Shown here piece after piece: positions 10,124 to 19,225 of a DNA stretch of 57,653 bases. Source of the stretch: Alphaproteobacteria bacterium (GTDB lineage Bacteria; Pseudomonadota; Alphaproteobacteria; Bin95); contig JAPOJR010000003.1 of assembly GCA_029978325.1 (NCBI GenBank), positions 1 through 57,653 on the forward strand. The letters run 5' to 3'. Positions within the stretch are counted from its first letter, which is position 1. Each line of letters opens with the position of its first letter. Made by a program: the position numbers and the translations under genes. The notes below the pieces were generated by a model. That model had not been told where the DNA came from. It did not search any database and worked only from the letters and a program-made list of their open reading frames with translations.

Positions 10124-11542
10124 ATGCGCCGTAAAGTTGCGATTGTCGGCAGACCGAATGTCGGCAAGTCGACCCTGTTCAACCGATTGATCGGGTTGCG
10201 TCAGGCGATCGTCCATGACCAACCCGGGGTTACCCGCGACCGCCGTTATGGCGAAGCGAGCATTGCCGATTTCGCGTTCGAGGCAATCGATACAGCCGGT
10301 TACGAAGATGCGCCGGACTCGCAACTGGCGCAGGCAATGCAGGCGCAGACCGCGCGTGCGTTGGCGGAGGCCGACGCCATCATGTTGTTGGTGGATGCCC
10401 GCGCCGGCATTACCCCTATCGACGTTGAATTTGCTGGACAAGTGCGCCGGGCGGAAAAGCCTGTGCTGTTGGTCGCCAACAAATGCGAAGGCCGCGCCGG
10501 GCAGCCGGGCTTGCTGGAATCGTTCAGCCTGGGCCTGGGCGATCCCATACCGATCTCTGCCGAACACGGAGAGGGCATGGGCGACCTGTACCAGGCATTG
10601 GTGGCGGCCTTAGGCCGTCCGGACGAGCCTGAGGACGAGCCGCTGGATGCTGTCGTTGCAGCGACGGATGAGGCTGTCGATGACGAAGCCGAAACAGGTG
10701 ACCTGGAGGAGGAGGACGAACCTGAACCGAAGGCGCTGCAGATCGCCATTGTCGGGCGTCCGAATGTCGGCAAGTCTACATTGCTCAATCGCCTGTTGAA
10801 CGAGGAACGGGTCATTACCGGGCCGATGCCCGGCCTGACCCGCGATGCAATTGCCGTGGATTGGGAATACAAGGGCCGGCCGATCCGTTTGATCGATACA
10901 GCGGGTATGCGGCGGCAGGCGCGGGTTTCCGATTCACTGGAGCGACTGTCCGTTGGGGACACCAACAGGGCTGTCCGGTTTGCCCACGTCGTAGTCCTGA
11001 TGATCGACGCCACCGAAGGCCTGGAAAAGCAGGACCTGGCGATTGCACGCAGGGTTGAGGAAGAAGGCCGCGCGCTGATTTTGGCGGTCAACAAATGGGA
11101 TGCCGTCAAGGACCGAGAGGCGACCATGCAGCGGATTACCGACCGGCTGCAAACATCGCTGACCCAGTTGCGGGGCATTCCCGTCGTGACCTTCTCCGCC
11201 CTGACCGGACATCGGGTCGAGCGCCTGATGCAGGCCGTCACCCAAATCTACGACACCTGGAATGTGCGCGTGCCGACCGGGCGACTGAACCGGTGGTTTT
11301 CGGCAATGCAGGAGGCGCACCCACCGCCGCTCGTATCCGGCCGCCGCCTGAAGTTGCGCTATATCACCCAGATCAAGCGCCGACCGCCGACATTCGCCAT
11401 TTTCTCGACCCGGGCCGGCCAATTACCGACAGGGTACGTGCGCTATCTGACCAATAGCCTGCGGGAAGATTTCGGCCTGGCCGGCGTACCGATCCGCGTT
11501 TTGCTACGCCAGCCCGAGAACCCCTACGCCGACGACGATTGA
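10124..11542 (+). CDS. der: Ribosome biogenesis GTPase Der (EngA)
   Basis: Two GRPNVGKS G1 motifs, two DTAG, NKCE/NKWD, KH-like C-terminus. Confidence 0.98.
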   Translation: MRRKVAIVGRPNVGKSTLFNRLIGLRQAIVHDQPGVTRDRRYGEASIADFAFEAIDTAGYEDAPDSQLAQAMQAQTARALAEADAIMLLVDARAGITPIDVEFAGQVRRAEKPVLLVANKCEGRAGQPGLLESFSLGLGDPIPISAEHGEGMGDLYQALVAALGRPDEPEDEPLDAVVAATDEAVDDEAETGDLEEEDEPEPKALQIAIVGRPNVGKSTLLNRLLNEERVITGPMPGLTRDAIAVDWEYKGRPIRLIDTAGMRRQARVSDSLERLSVGDTNRAVRFAHVVVLMIDATEGLEKQDLAIARRVEEEGRALILAVNKWDAVKDREATMQRITDRLQTSLTQLRGIPVVTFSALTGHRVERLMQAVTQIYDTWNVRVPTGRLNRWFSAMQEAHPPPLVSGRRLKLRYITQIKRRPPTFAIFSTRAGQLPTGYVRYLTNSLREDFGLAGVPIRVLLRQPENPYADDD

Positions 11543-11564
11543 TTGCCCGCCCTGTTGTGCCGTT

Positions 11565-12464
11565 TCACTCAGCCTCTGGCTGCCGACGCGGCCGCCCCAG
11601 GGTGAGGGCAATGGATCCGACGATCAGCGCCAAAGCGGTGACGATCTGCCAGGTGAGTTCGTCGCCCAGCAACACCACGGCGGACGAGACCCCGACGATG
11701 GGCGCAGTCAGTGTCGAAATTGCAGCAACCGTCGCGGGTAACCGGCCAAGCAGGACAGTCCACAGCAGGTAGCACACCACCATCGGCCCCAGGATATGAT
11801 AGCCGAGAGTTAGCAAGACGGGCAGGCTTGGCACATGCTGGTCGGCCAGAGGCTCAAAAATCAGCACCAATGGCCAGGCCAGGACGCTGGAAATGCCAAA
11901 AAACCACATGGCCATTGCCAGCGGCGACAGGGTCCAGGTCCGGGACTTCAGGGCGATGTTGCCAATGGACCAAGATAGCGCTGCGGCCAACATGATGACC
12001 GGGCCGGTCGGATCGTCGAGCAGCGCTTCAAAATCCTTGGATGCGAGCACTGCCAGACCGCCCATGCCAATGATCAGCGCCAGCACCAGGCGCAGGTGCA
12101 GGCGCTCTTTCAGGAATGCAACTGCCAGAACCGCCGTGATCGCCGGCATGGTGTAGGCAATGATCGCCGCTTTGGAAGTTTGGGTGAACACCTGCCCGAA
12201 GGTCGATCCGATGTTGAAGCCGAAAATGACGAACAATCCGGTCAGCAGCATCGGCAGCAATTCACGCCGCGGCGGACACAGCCGGTGGCCGAGCGAGCGC
12301 GCGATGATCCCCAGTAAGAGGGCAGCGCTGGGAAAGGCGATGGCGCGCATGGTGATGGGCGGTAACTCCGTGAGCATGAACTTGACCGCCGGCCAGTTCA
12401 TGCCCCAGAGCACACCCATGAGGATCACCATGGTCAGCGAGGCGGCGCCCGTCCGAGGCTTCAA
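11565..12464 (-). CDS. DMT/EamA family transporter
   Basis: LWGMNWPAVK start, about 10 TM segments, two EamA repeats. Confidence 0.9.
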   Translation of the reverse strand: MKPRTGAASLTMVILMGVLWGMNWPAVKFMLTELPPITMRAIAFPSAALLLGIIARSLGHRLCPPRRELLPMLLTGLFVIFGFNIGSTFGQVFTQTSKAAIIAYTMPAITAVLAVAFLKERLHLRLVLALIIGMGGLAVLASKDFEALLDDPTGPVIMLAAALSWSIGNIALKSRTWTLSPLAMAMWFFGISSVLAWPLVLIFEPLADQHVPSLPVLLTLGYHILGPMVVCYLLWTVLLGRLPATVAAISTLTAPIVGVSSAVVLLGDELTWQIVTALALIVGSIALTLGRPRRQPEAE

Positions 12465-12518
12465 ACGCGGCCGCCGCTTCTGGCACTCACAGCGGAATCA
12501 TTCCTGCTTTGGAACACT

Positions 12519-13364
12519 TTAGCTGGGCGACCAGTTATAGGCCTTGGCGCAGGCGCCGCCCATCAGCATGGCGCGGTCGCTTTCGCTCAGCCGGTCGGTC
12601 TCGACGAACGGCTTCACGCCCTGCTCATAGCTAAGAACCGCGTGCGCGCGGGTCCAGTCGGTGCCCCAGAGGCAGCGGTCCATGCCCCAGGCGTCGAAAA
12701 TGCGAGCGAGCGGGTCCCAGATATCCGCGTAGGGATAGCCGACCTTGGAAAGGGTGCAGGCGCCGCTGACCTTGATGACCACGTTCGGGCGCTTGGCCAG
12801 TTCCAGCACCTTTGGCAGATCGGCCCAGGGCTCCCAAGGCGTGCCGGCGGCAACCGGCGTGCGCGGTTGCAGAATGCCCAGGTGGTCGAGAACGAAGCGG
12901 GTGTTCGGGTGACGATCGATCAGGGTCGTACCCGCATCGATCCGGTCCCAGGTCAGCAGGTTGATTGGGAAATTGTGCTGTGCCGCCGCCTTGGCGATGC
13001 GGTCAAAGCCAGGATGGTCCGGCGCACGCAATGGCTCGTGCGTCAGCATGATGCGGACGCCGACGGTGCCAGGAGTGGCCTTCCAATCGGCGATCGCTTC
13101 GGCCACGGCCGGATCTTCGGGGTTCATCGGCTTGACCAGGCCGAACTTGCCGGGATGCGCGTTCCAGACCTCCACCGCATAGCTGGCGTCGTACTGATAC
13201 ATGCTGAACGACGAGACGAAGATCGCGCCATCGACGCCGACGGCATCCATGGCCGCCACCATATCGTCCCCATTCACGCGGGGCGGCCAGTTGGGCACGG
13301 TCGCCCAGGGGCGGGCTGGAGTATTGGCTTCGTAAACGTGCACCTGAGAGTCGATGACAGGCAT
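12519..13364 (-). CDS. Amidohydrolase_2 family protein (lactonase-like)
   Basis: IDSQVH, VLDHLG, VIKVSG, LWGTDW motifs. Confidence 0.88.
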   Translation of the reverse strand: MPVIDSQVHVYEANTPARPWATVPNWPPRVNGDDMVAAMDAVGVDGAIFVSSFSMYQYDASYAVEVWNAHPGKFGLVKPMNPEDPAVAEAIADWKATPGTVGVRIMLTHEPLRAPDHPGFDRIAKAAAQHNFPINLLTWDRIDAGTTLIDRHPNTRFVLDHLGILQPRTPVAAGTPWEPWADLPKVLELAKRPNVVIKVSGACTLSKVGYPYADIWDPLARIFDAWGMDRCLWGTDWTRAHAVLSYEQGVKPFVETDRLSESDRAMLMGGACAKAYNWSPS

Positions 13365-13439
13365 TGGCGATTCCTCAAAACGGTCGGTTGGCCGTATATC
13401 AGCGGTTAAGGGCGACTTCGTCCAGTGTCGATTGGAGAC

Positions 13440-15578
13440 CTAAGCGCTCAAAAACCGCTGCATGACGTTTTCAACGATACGGCTGATGTTGTTGTCGCCG
13501 CCATTCCACGGCAGTGAGCCGCAGAAGGTAATGGAGCCTACGGAAAACACCGCGCCGCCGCCCGGCACGTCGAAATAGACCATGTCGGCGCGAATCAATT
13601 CGTCGATCGGCTGCATAGCCCAAGTCGTCAGATGGGTCAGCAATTCCTCCGGCACCAGCACGAAATGGTCGGGATGGTCTTCGGACTGCGCCAGGATGCG
13701 GACGGTTTCGGGCGAACCGAGACGCACATCGGCGCGGTCCAGCTCATAGCCTGCGGCGCCGCCGCCGGAAAAGCCGAAATCGCCCAGCACCTCGTCCTCG
13801 ACCCCGGCGAAGATCCAGGCGAGGTCCGGTGCATGGCTCTCGGCGGTGCGGCGGTAATGGGTGCCTTCGAACTGGCCCTGACTGGTAAATCCCACCCCGG
13901 CCAGATGCTGCGGCGGACGCCCGTTGCGCCGCCACAGGCCGCCATAGCCCCCATCGAATGCATTGAAATATTCGCCGGGCTCGGCCGCCCAGGCGCGAAT
14001 GCCACCCTCGGCCCGGCGGATTTCGATAATGCCCTTTTCCTCTGGATGAATGGCGACCCGCCAGTAAAAGCCGTTGCCGCCCAGATACAGCAGCTTGCCG
14101 CCGGTATTGCGGTACTCCAGCAAAGCATCCAGCGTCTGAGGCGTGTGATATTCCGGGTGGCTGCCGGTGGTCACGGCCTTGTAGCCGCGGATCGCCTCAA
14201 ACCCTTCCTCATGCAATTCCCGGTCGGTGATGATGTCGTAGGGGATGCCCTTCTCATGCAGCCACCAGATCAGATGGCTGTCCGCCTGGAAATGGCGCAG
14301 GCCAGAGCCCTCGCCATATCCCATGGTGATATAGCCCGGGCGGGTGTTCAGCAACGGGCGCAGATGCGAGCAATGGCAAATGCCGGAGCCGTCGCGGTGG
14401 AAATTGTAGGTCGAACACCCCAATTCCTCGTATTGCGCCGGATTAAAGGGATAGCCGCCGCGGGCAAGATGCCGGTCCATCCAATGCGGTTTGAAGTCGG
14501 GGCGGGAATGATTGCCATAGATCACATGGGTAAACGTGGAGGCCAGCACCGCCAGGTCTGCCGTGCGCTTGCCCTTGGGCGGGCAAACATAGAACGGGAT
14601 GGCGTCCTCATGCTCGCCCTGGCGGATACGGGCGACATAGACACCTGACGCAAAGCCATCCGGCACGGTCCACTCGAAGTCGGTATCCCATCCGAAGTCA
14701 TAAATATCGTCGCGGTGAAAGTGGATGGCGCCATAGTGCTCGGGCCGGTTCTGCCAGTTCATCTCCGACCCATCCCAGGCAGAGCCGGTCATGGCACGGG
14801 CCGGGTGGTTGACAAGGCTGCCGTGGTGGCCGCCCGGCCCAATATCCTCGACAGTTGTGCTGGAGGTCTGCCGGGCGAAATCCCACCGCGCCGCCAATTG
14901 GCTTTGGTCGACAGAGGCGGCCCGGTAAATCGCGGGTGCTTCGATCTTGCCGTCAAAATGGTGGGCGGGATGTCCGTCGCGCAGCGCAGCGGCGACCAGA
15001 ACCGGCTGGCCGACGTCATAGGCGCCCCCCGCAGCATTGGCCCTAGCCGTGGCGGCTTCGCCCCAAATGCCGGCAGGGCGCTGCTCTACCGTCAATTCTC
15101 CGGATGCGCTGTCATAGGACAATCGCACGTCGCACCATTGCCGTGCCAGCAGCCGCTTGCCCGTGCTGACCACAGCGCTGCCCGCCCTCCCGGCCAGCGC
15201 TCCTTCCTCGTCCAGAAACAGCTCGAAACCGCCGGCGGCAAGGATCGCCTGCTCGCCGTCGCCGGGCAGCGTCGGCCAGATCACGGCGGCAAGCGTCACA
15301 TTGCCGGAAACATTTGGGCCATTGGCAATGATGGCATACGAGCCCGGATTGAAGGCCTGCTTGCGGGCTGGGTAGTCGCCAGCAAACGACGCCTCGATCG
15401 CGGTTTCGACAATTCCCGGCCCATCGCGGTTCGGATCGGCGCAAATCGAACGCGCGAGCCGCGCCGAAAAGGCGCCGGCTTCGGTGCAGGAAACCTTGAA
15501 ACGGATCGTCTCGCCGGGCCGGACAGACAGCGGATCGCAGTAGCCAATGACAGGAATTCGCGGAAACTGGTGGGTCAT
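13440..15578 (-). CDS. N,N-dimethylformamidase large (beta) subunit family protein
   Basis: GYCDPLSVRPGE start, LamG-like insert, IYGN, STYNFHRDGSG, HPEYHT, YLGGNGFYW, FSVGSITF. Confidence 0.9.
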   Translation of the reverse strand: MTHQFPRIPVIGYCDPLSVRPGETIRFKVSCTEAGAFSARLARSICADPNRDGPGIVETAIEASFAGDYPARKQAFNPGSYAIIANGPNVSGNVTLAAVIWPTLPGDGEQAILAAGGFELFLDEEGALAGRAGSAVVSTGKRLLARQWCDVRLSYDSASGELTVEQRPAGIWGEAATARANAAGGAYDVGQPVLVAAALRDGHPAHHFDGKIEAPAIYRAASVDQSQLAARWDFARQTSSTTVEDIGPGGHHGSLVNHPARAMTGSAWDGSEMNWQNRPEHYGAIHFHRDDIYDFGWDTDFEWTVPDGFASGVYVARIRQGEHEDAIPFYVCPPKGKRTADLAVLASTFTHVIYGNHSRPDFKPHWMDRHLARGGYPFNPAQYEELGCSTYNFHRDGSGICHCSHLRPLLNTRPGYITMGYGEGSGLRHFQADSHLIWWLHEKGIPYDIITDRELHEEGFEAIRGYKAVTTGSHPEYHTPQTLDALLEYRNTGGKLLYLGGNGFYWRVAIHPEEKGIIEIRRAEGGIRAWAAEPGEYFNAFDGGYGGLWRRNGRPPQHLAGVGFTSQGQFEGTHYRRTAESHAPDLAWIFAGVEDEVLGDFGFSGGGAAGYELDRADVRLGSPETVRILAQSEDHPDHFVLVPEELLTHLTTWAMQPIDELIRADMVYFDVPGGGAVFSVGSITFCGSLPWNGGDNNISRIVENVMQRFLSA

Positions 15579-15737
15579 AAAAATCTCTTTCGGAGCATCG
15601 GAAACAGCGTGCGGAACGATTGTTTCCGATCAGACGGGCTGCGTCCAGAGCGCGCATCGGCGACCTTGCTTTCAATCCTGATACCGCGCTAGGGATTGGC
15701 GGTCGCTCATGTTGACAATCATTAGGAAATTTTTTTT

Positions 15738-17303
15738 ATGCAAGAAACCAAGGCCAAACTCGTCATTCGAAATGCGGCGCTGACAGATATTGCGGACATT
15801 GTTTTGCTGTCACGCCGCGTGTATGCGGCCGATCTCAGTTACTCGCCACAGCAGGTCCGCGGGCAAATCAATAATTTCCCCGATGGCGTGTTCGTCGCCG
15901 AATATGACGGCAAGATCGTCGGCTATTGCGTTACTTGCATTGTCGAGGAACGGATCGCGCGGCGCCAGCACACATGGCACGAAATCAGCGGCGGCGGCTT
16001 CAGTTCCCGCCACAACCCTGAGGGCGACTATCTCTACGGCCTGGACGTTTCGGTTGATCCGGATTATCGCCGCCTCCGTATCGGGCAACGGTTTTACCGC
16101 GCACGCCGCGAATTGTGCCGCCGTCTGGAACTCAAAGGGATCATGTTCGGCGGCCGCATGCCGGGCTACCTGCGGCGGCGTAAAGATTATCCGGACCCAT
16201 CCGCATACCTGGAAGCGGTGCTTGCGCAATCCGTTCGCGACCAGGTCATCAATTTTCAGATTAAACAGGGTTTTGAGCCGATTGGCGTCCTAAAAGGCTA
16301 CCTGCCCGATGACAAGGCCTCCGGCGGCCACGCCGTCCACATGTTGTGGACCAACGAATTGGTGGCGGAAGTTCCGACCTCCCGCACCACCCGGCCGGAC
16401 CACCGCTTGCCCGCGCAGGTTAGGGTTGCGACGGTGCAGTTTCAGATGCGACGGATCGCGAACGTGGAAGAATTCGAGCAGAATATCGAATATTTCGTCG
16501 ATGTCGCCTCCGACCACAAAGCGGATTTCGTCACCTTTCCAGAGCTTTACACCACGCAATTGCTATCGCTGGAAACCGAGAAAAAGCCGCCACAGGAAGC
16601 CATCGTCAAAGTCACCGAATACACCGAACGATACAAGGAATTCATGAGCCGGCTTGCCGTCTCATACAATATCAACATCATCGGTGGGTCGCACCTGACG
16701 ATGACCGAGGCAGGTTCCATTCGGAATACCTGCTTTGTCTTCCTGCGCGATGGTGCGGTTTATGCGCAGGACAAACTACATCCGACGCCTAGCGAGCGGG
16801 CGTATTGGAATATAGAAGGCGGCGACGGCGCAATCGTGATACCGACCGATTGCGGCCCGATCGGCGTGATGATCTGCTACGACAGCGAATTTCCGGAGCT
16901 GGCCCGCGTCCTGGCCGACCAGGGCGCATTGATGTTGTTCGTCCCATTCTGCACCAACGAGCGACGCGGGTATTTGCGCGTGCGGTATTGCTGCCACGCC
17001 AGGGCGATTGAAAACCAGTGCTATATGATTTTGTCGGGCGTAGTCGGCAATTTGCCTAACGTTGACGCCATGGACGTGCACTACGCCGAAAGCTGCATCC
17101 TGACGCCGTCGGATTTCCCTTTTGCCCGCGACGGTGTCGCCGCCGATACGGCACCGAACACCGAGACCATAGCGCTGGCCGACCTATCGCTGCCGTCGCT
17201 GTTGACCAGCCGGCACACGGGCACGACGCGGAATTATGCCGACAGGCGCTTCGACCTTTACCGCGTGACGTGGTCCAAGACGGCCTTCCCTGGGACCACC
17301 TGA
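15738..17303 (+). CDS. Bifunctional GNAT / carbon-nitrogen hydrolase (nitrilase superfamily)
   Basis: N-terminal GNAT (VDPDYRRLRIG); C-terminal E-K-C triad in FPELY, QDKLH, MICYDSEFPE. Confidence 0.92.
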   Translation: MQETKAKLVIRNAALTDIADIVLLSRRVYAADLSYSPQQVRGQINNFPDGVFVAEYDGKIVGYCVTCIVEERIARRQHTWHEISGGGFSSRHNPEGDYLYGLDVSVDPDYRRLRIGQRFYRARRELCRRLELKGIMFGGRMPGYLRRRKDYPDPSAYLEAVLAQSVRDQVINFQIKQGFEPIGVLKGYLPDDKASGGHAVHMLWTNELVAEVPTSRTTRPDHRLPAQVRVATVQFQMRRIANVEEFEQNIEYFVDVASDHKADFVTFPELYTTQLLSLETEKKPPQEAIVKVTEYTERYKEFMSRLAVSYNINIIGGSHLTMTEAGSIRNTCFVFLRDGAVYAQDKLHPTPSERAYWNIEGGDGAIVIPTDCGPIGVMICYDSEFPELARVLADQGALMLFVPFCTNERRGYLRVRYCCHARAIENQCYMILSGVVGNLPNVDAMDVHYAESCILTPSDFPFARDGVAADTAPNTETIALADLSLPSLLTSRHTGTTRNYADRRFDLYRVTWSKTAFPGTT

Positions 17304-17333
17304 CCGCCGCAAACGAAATGGCCGCCATCGCAG

Positions 17334-17372
17334 GGGTGCGATAGCGGCCATCTCAAAACGTCCCGGACGGCC
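17334..17372. terminator. Approximate location of hairpin region between convergent genes (stem ATGGCCGC/GCGGCCAT starts near 17318)
   Basis: ATGGCCGC-CATCGCA-GGGG-TGCGAT-A-GCGGCCAT lies in the 17303-17379 gap; no clear U tract. Confidence 0.35.
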
Positions 17373-17378
17373 AGGGCG

Positions 17379-17819
17379 CTACTTGACCAGACGGCCCTTG
17401 ATCTCCCGCGGCGTGAACCCGTTGCACGGCACCGCGCCACAGACGCACACAAACGACCGGTGCAAGCGGTCCTCTGTCTGCTCGTAATTCATTGTGACCC
17501 AGTCGCCGGCCGCAATCGGACGCCGGGCCGTGAACGTGCGGGTCCGCATGTCCACGTCGCAGTTGGCGTCGCAACGGTGCAGCACTTTGCCCATGAAATA
17601 GGGATCATGCAGGTAATGACCAGGTTCGACCTGGAGCGTGAACAAAGTGATCTCGCTGCTGAAAAAGCCCGTAAAGCGAAAGACGGTCTCACCCGGTTGG
17701 AACGGCACCAGCGCCACCACGCCTTCGCCAACGTCCCGGCCAATCGGGCGTATGGCGAAGCGGTCCTGCGTCGGTTCGTGCGGAAATGTCGGAACCGCGT
17801 CCGGGTAGAACCGGGTCAC
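17379..17819 (-). CDS. SET-domain protein with post-SET Cys cluster
   Basis: GEG motif I, GKVLHRCDAN (NHSCxPN-like), VTMNY, FVCVCGAVPC; GTG start overlaps the upstream TGA (GTGA). Confidence 0.82.
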   Translation of the reverse strand: MTRFYPDAVPTFPHEPTQDRFAIRPIGRDVGEGVVALVPFQPGETVFRFTGFFSSEITLFTLQVEPGHYLHDPYFMGKVLHRCDANCDVDMRTRTFTARRPIAAGDWVTMNYEQTEDRLHRSFVCVCGAVPCNGFTPREIKGRLVK

Positions 17820-18193
17820 TTGCGCAGAAGGGTCTGGCTGTCGATCCCGGAGGGAGCGAACCAGTCCTTTACAGTTTTGATAACGGTTTCGGCTTCGAAA
17901 TCCTTGCACGAAAACACGTCGAGATACATGTCGCGTGCTTCGTCATTGGTGTGGATCGTGATCGCGCTGGTCTGGATCAACTGCACGGCAGAGATGCCGA
18001 CTTCGTCGCCGCCACCGAACCGCTCGACGAAAGGTTCGCCAAACGGAACCATGTCGATGCGCTTGACCATGTCGCGGCAAAAGTCCGCGATTTTTTCCTT
18101 CTCCAGCAGCGCGGCATTGCAACCGGACGCTGTGAGGATCACATGTTTCCCATAATGTTTAACGCCGTCAATGACGATGCGCTTGTAAGGCAT
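17816..18193 (-). CDS. Pyruvoyl-dependent AdoMet decarboxylase (SpeD)-like proenzyme
   Basis: GKHVIL, GISAVQLIQTSAITIH (cleavage-site region), YLDVFSCK; 125 aa. Confidence 0.85.
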   Translation of the reverse strand: MPYKRIVIDGVKHYGKHVILTASGCNAALLEKEKIADFCRDMVKRIDMVPFGEPFVERFGGGDEVGISAVQLIQTSAITIHTNDEARDMYLDVFSCKDFEAETVIKTVKDWFAPSGIDSQTLLRK

Positions 18194-18463
18194 TGATGGT
18201 TGGTTTCCTTGAGGGGCAAGAGAGAAAGAGCCGCTTTGCGCCCGGATTTGAGCCTGGAACGGAGAGAACTAGACCAAGCCGGCCAGGGGCAAATGCATCT
18301 CCCTGGTCCATTCTGTCGGAGCTATATGCGAATATCCGCCGACAACCACAAGCGGATTATACGGCGCTCAGCACTCAGCGCATGCGCCAAACTGTCGCGC
18401 CACTTGAACGGCGGCAGACTGCAATTTTAGCGTTTTAGTTTCAATTGGTTATCGAGAATTGAA

Positions 18464-19162
18464 TCACTCATCGTAGCATCGGACCCAATCTTCCTGCGGT
18501 GCACGCTCGGTAACCAGTTGGTTGATCACCGCTTCATTGTCAGCAAAGCCCAGCGCCATGCCACAGACGACGGTCTGGTCTGCACCGAACCCGATTTCTG
18601 ATCGGATCACCGTATGATAATGGCACCAGGCGGCCTGGGCGCAGGTGTCCAGTCCGGCGCCGCGCGCCGCGGTGACAAAATTGCCAAGAAACATCCCGAA
18701 ATCCAACCAGCTGCCGATTTCCAATGCCTTGTCGATCGTAAAGAAGATGCCAACGGGGGCGTCAAAAAAGACGAAATTACGGCCGGTCTGGGCGAACATC
18801 TTGTCCGTGTCGCTGCGTCCAATACCCAACAGGCCATACATGTCCCACCCGACTTTGCGGCGACGGGACTTGTAAGGCTCGGGAAATATATTTGGGTAGT
18901 AGTTATACTCAGCAACGTGTTTGTCGTTCTCGGTGTTGCGGGCGTGCAGCACTGCCTGGCAAACACGGTCCTTGGCAGCGCCGGTAACGACGTGGGCCAG
19001 CCAGGGCTGCATATTCGTACCGGAAGGCGCGCGTGACGAGGCTTCCAGCAATTGACGGACCGTCTCCATGGGTACAGGCGTCGGTTTGAAAGCGCGAACG
19101 GAACGGCGAGACGCAAGGGCGTTGAAGACGGCGGGGTCGATTGCAGGCACAGTGACAGACAT
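18464..19162 (-). CDS. Nitroreductase family protein
   Basis: SRRSVRAF, APSGTNMQPW, FFDAPV, AAGLDTCAQ-like motifs. Confidence 0.92.
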   Translation of the reverse strand: MSVTVPAIDPAVFNALASRRSVRAFKPTPVPMETVRQLLEASSRAPSGTNMQPWLAHVVTGAAKDRVCQAVLHARNTENDKHVAEYNYYPNIFPEPYKSRRRKVGWDMYGLLGIGRSDTDKMFAQTGRNFVFFDAPVGIFFTIDKALEIGSWLDFGMFLGNFVTAARGAGLDTCAQAAWCHYHTVIRSEIGFGADQTVVCGMALGFADNEAVINQLVTERAPQEDWVRCYDE

Positions 19163-19225
19163 TGAAGACTCGCTGGGATACGGAAAAGATTCGAGACAAG
19201 CCCGGGGCATCGGGACGTAATAGCT

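Noticed and set aside
15712-15740. TTGACA just upstream of the GNAT-nitrilase gene as a leaderless promoter
   Set aside because: A -10 at 17-nt spacing would overlap the ATG, so the geometry does not fit
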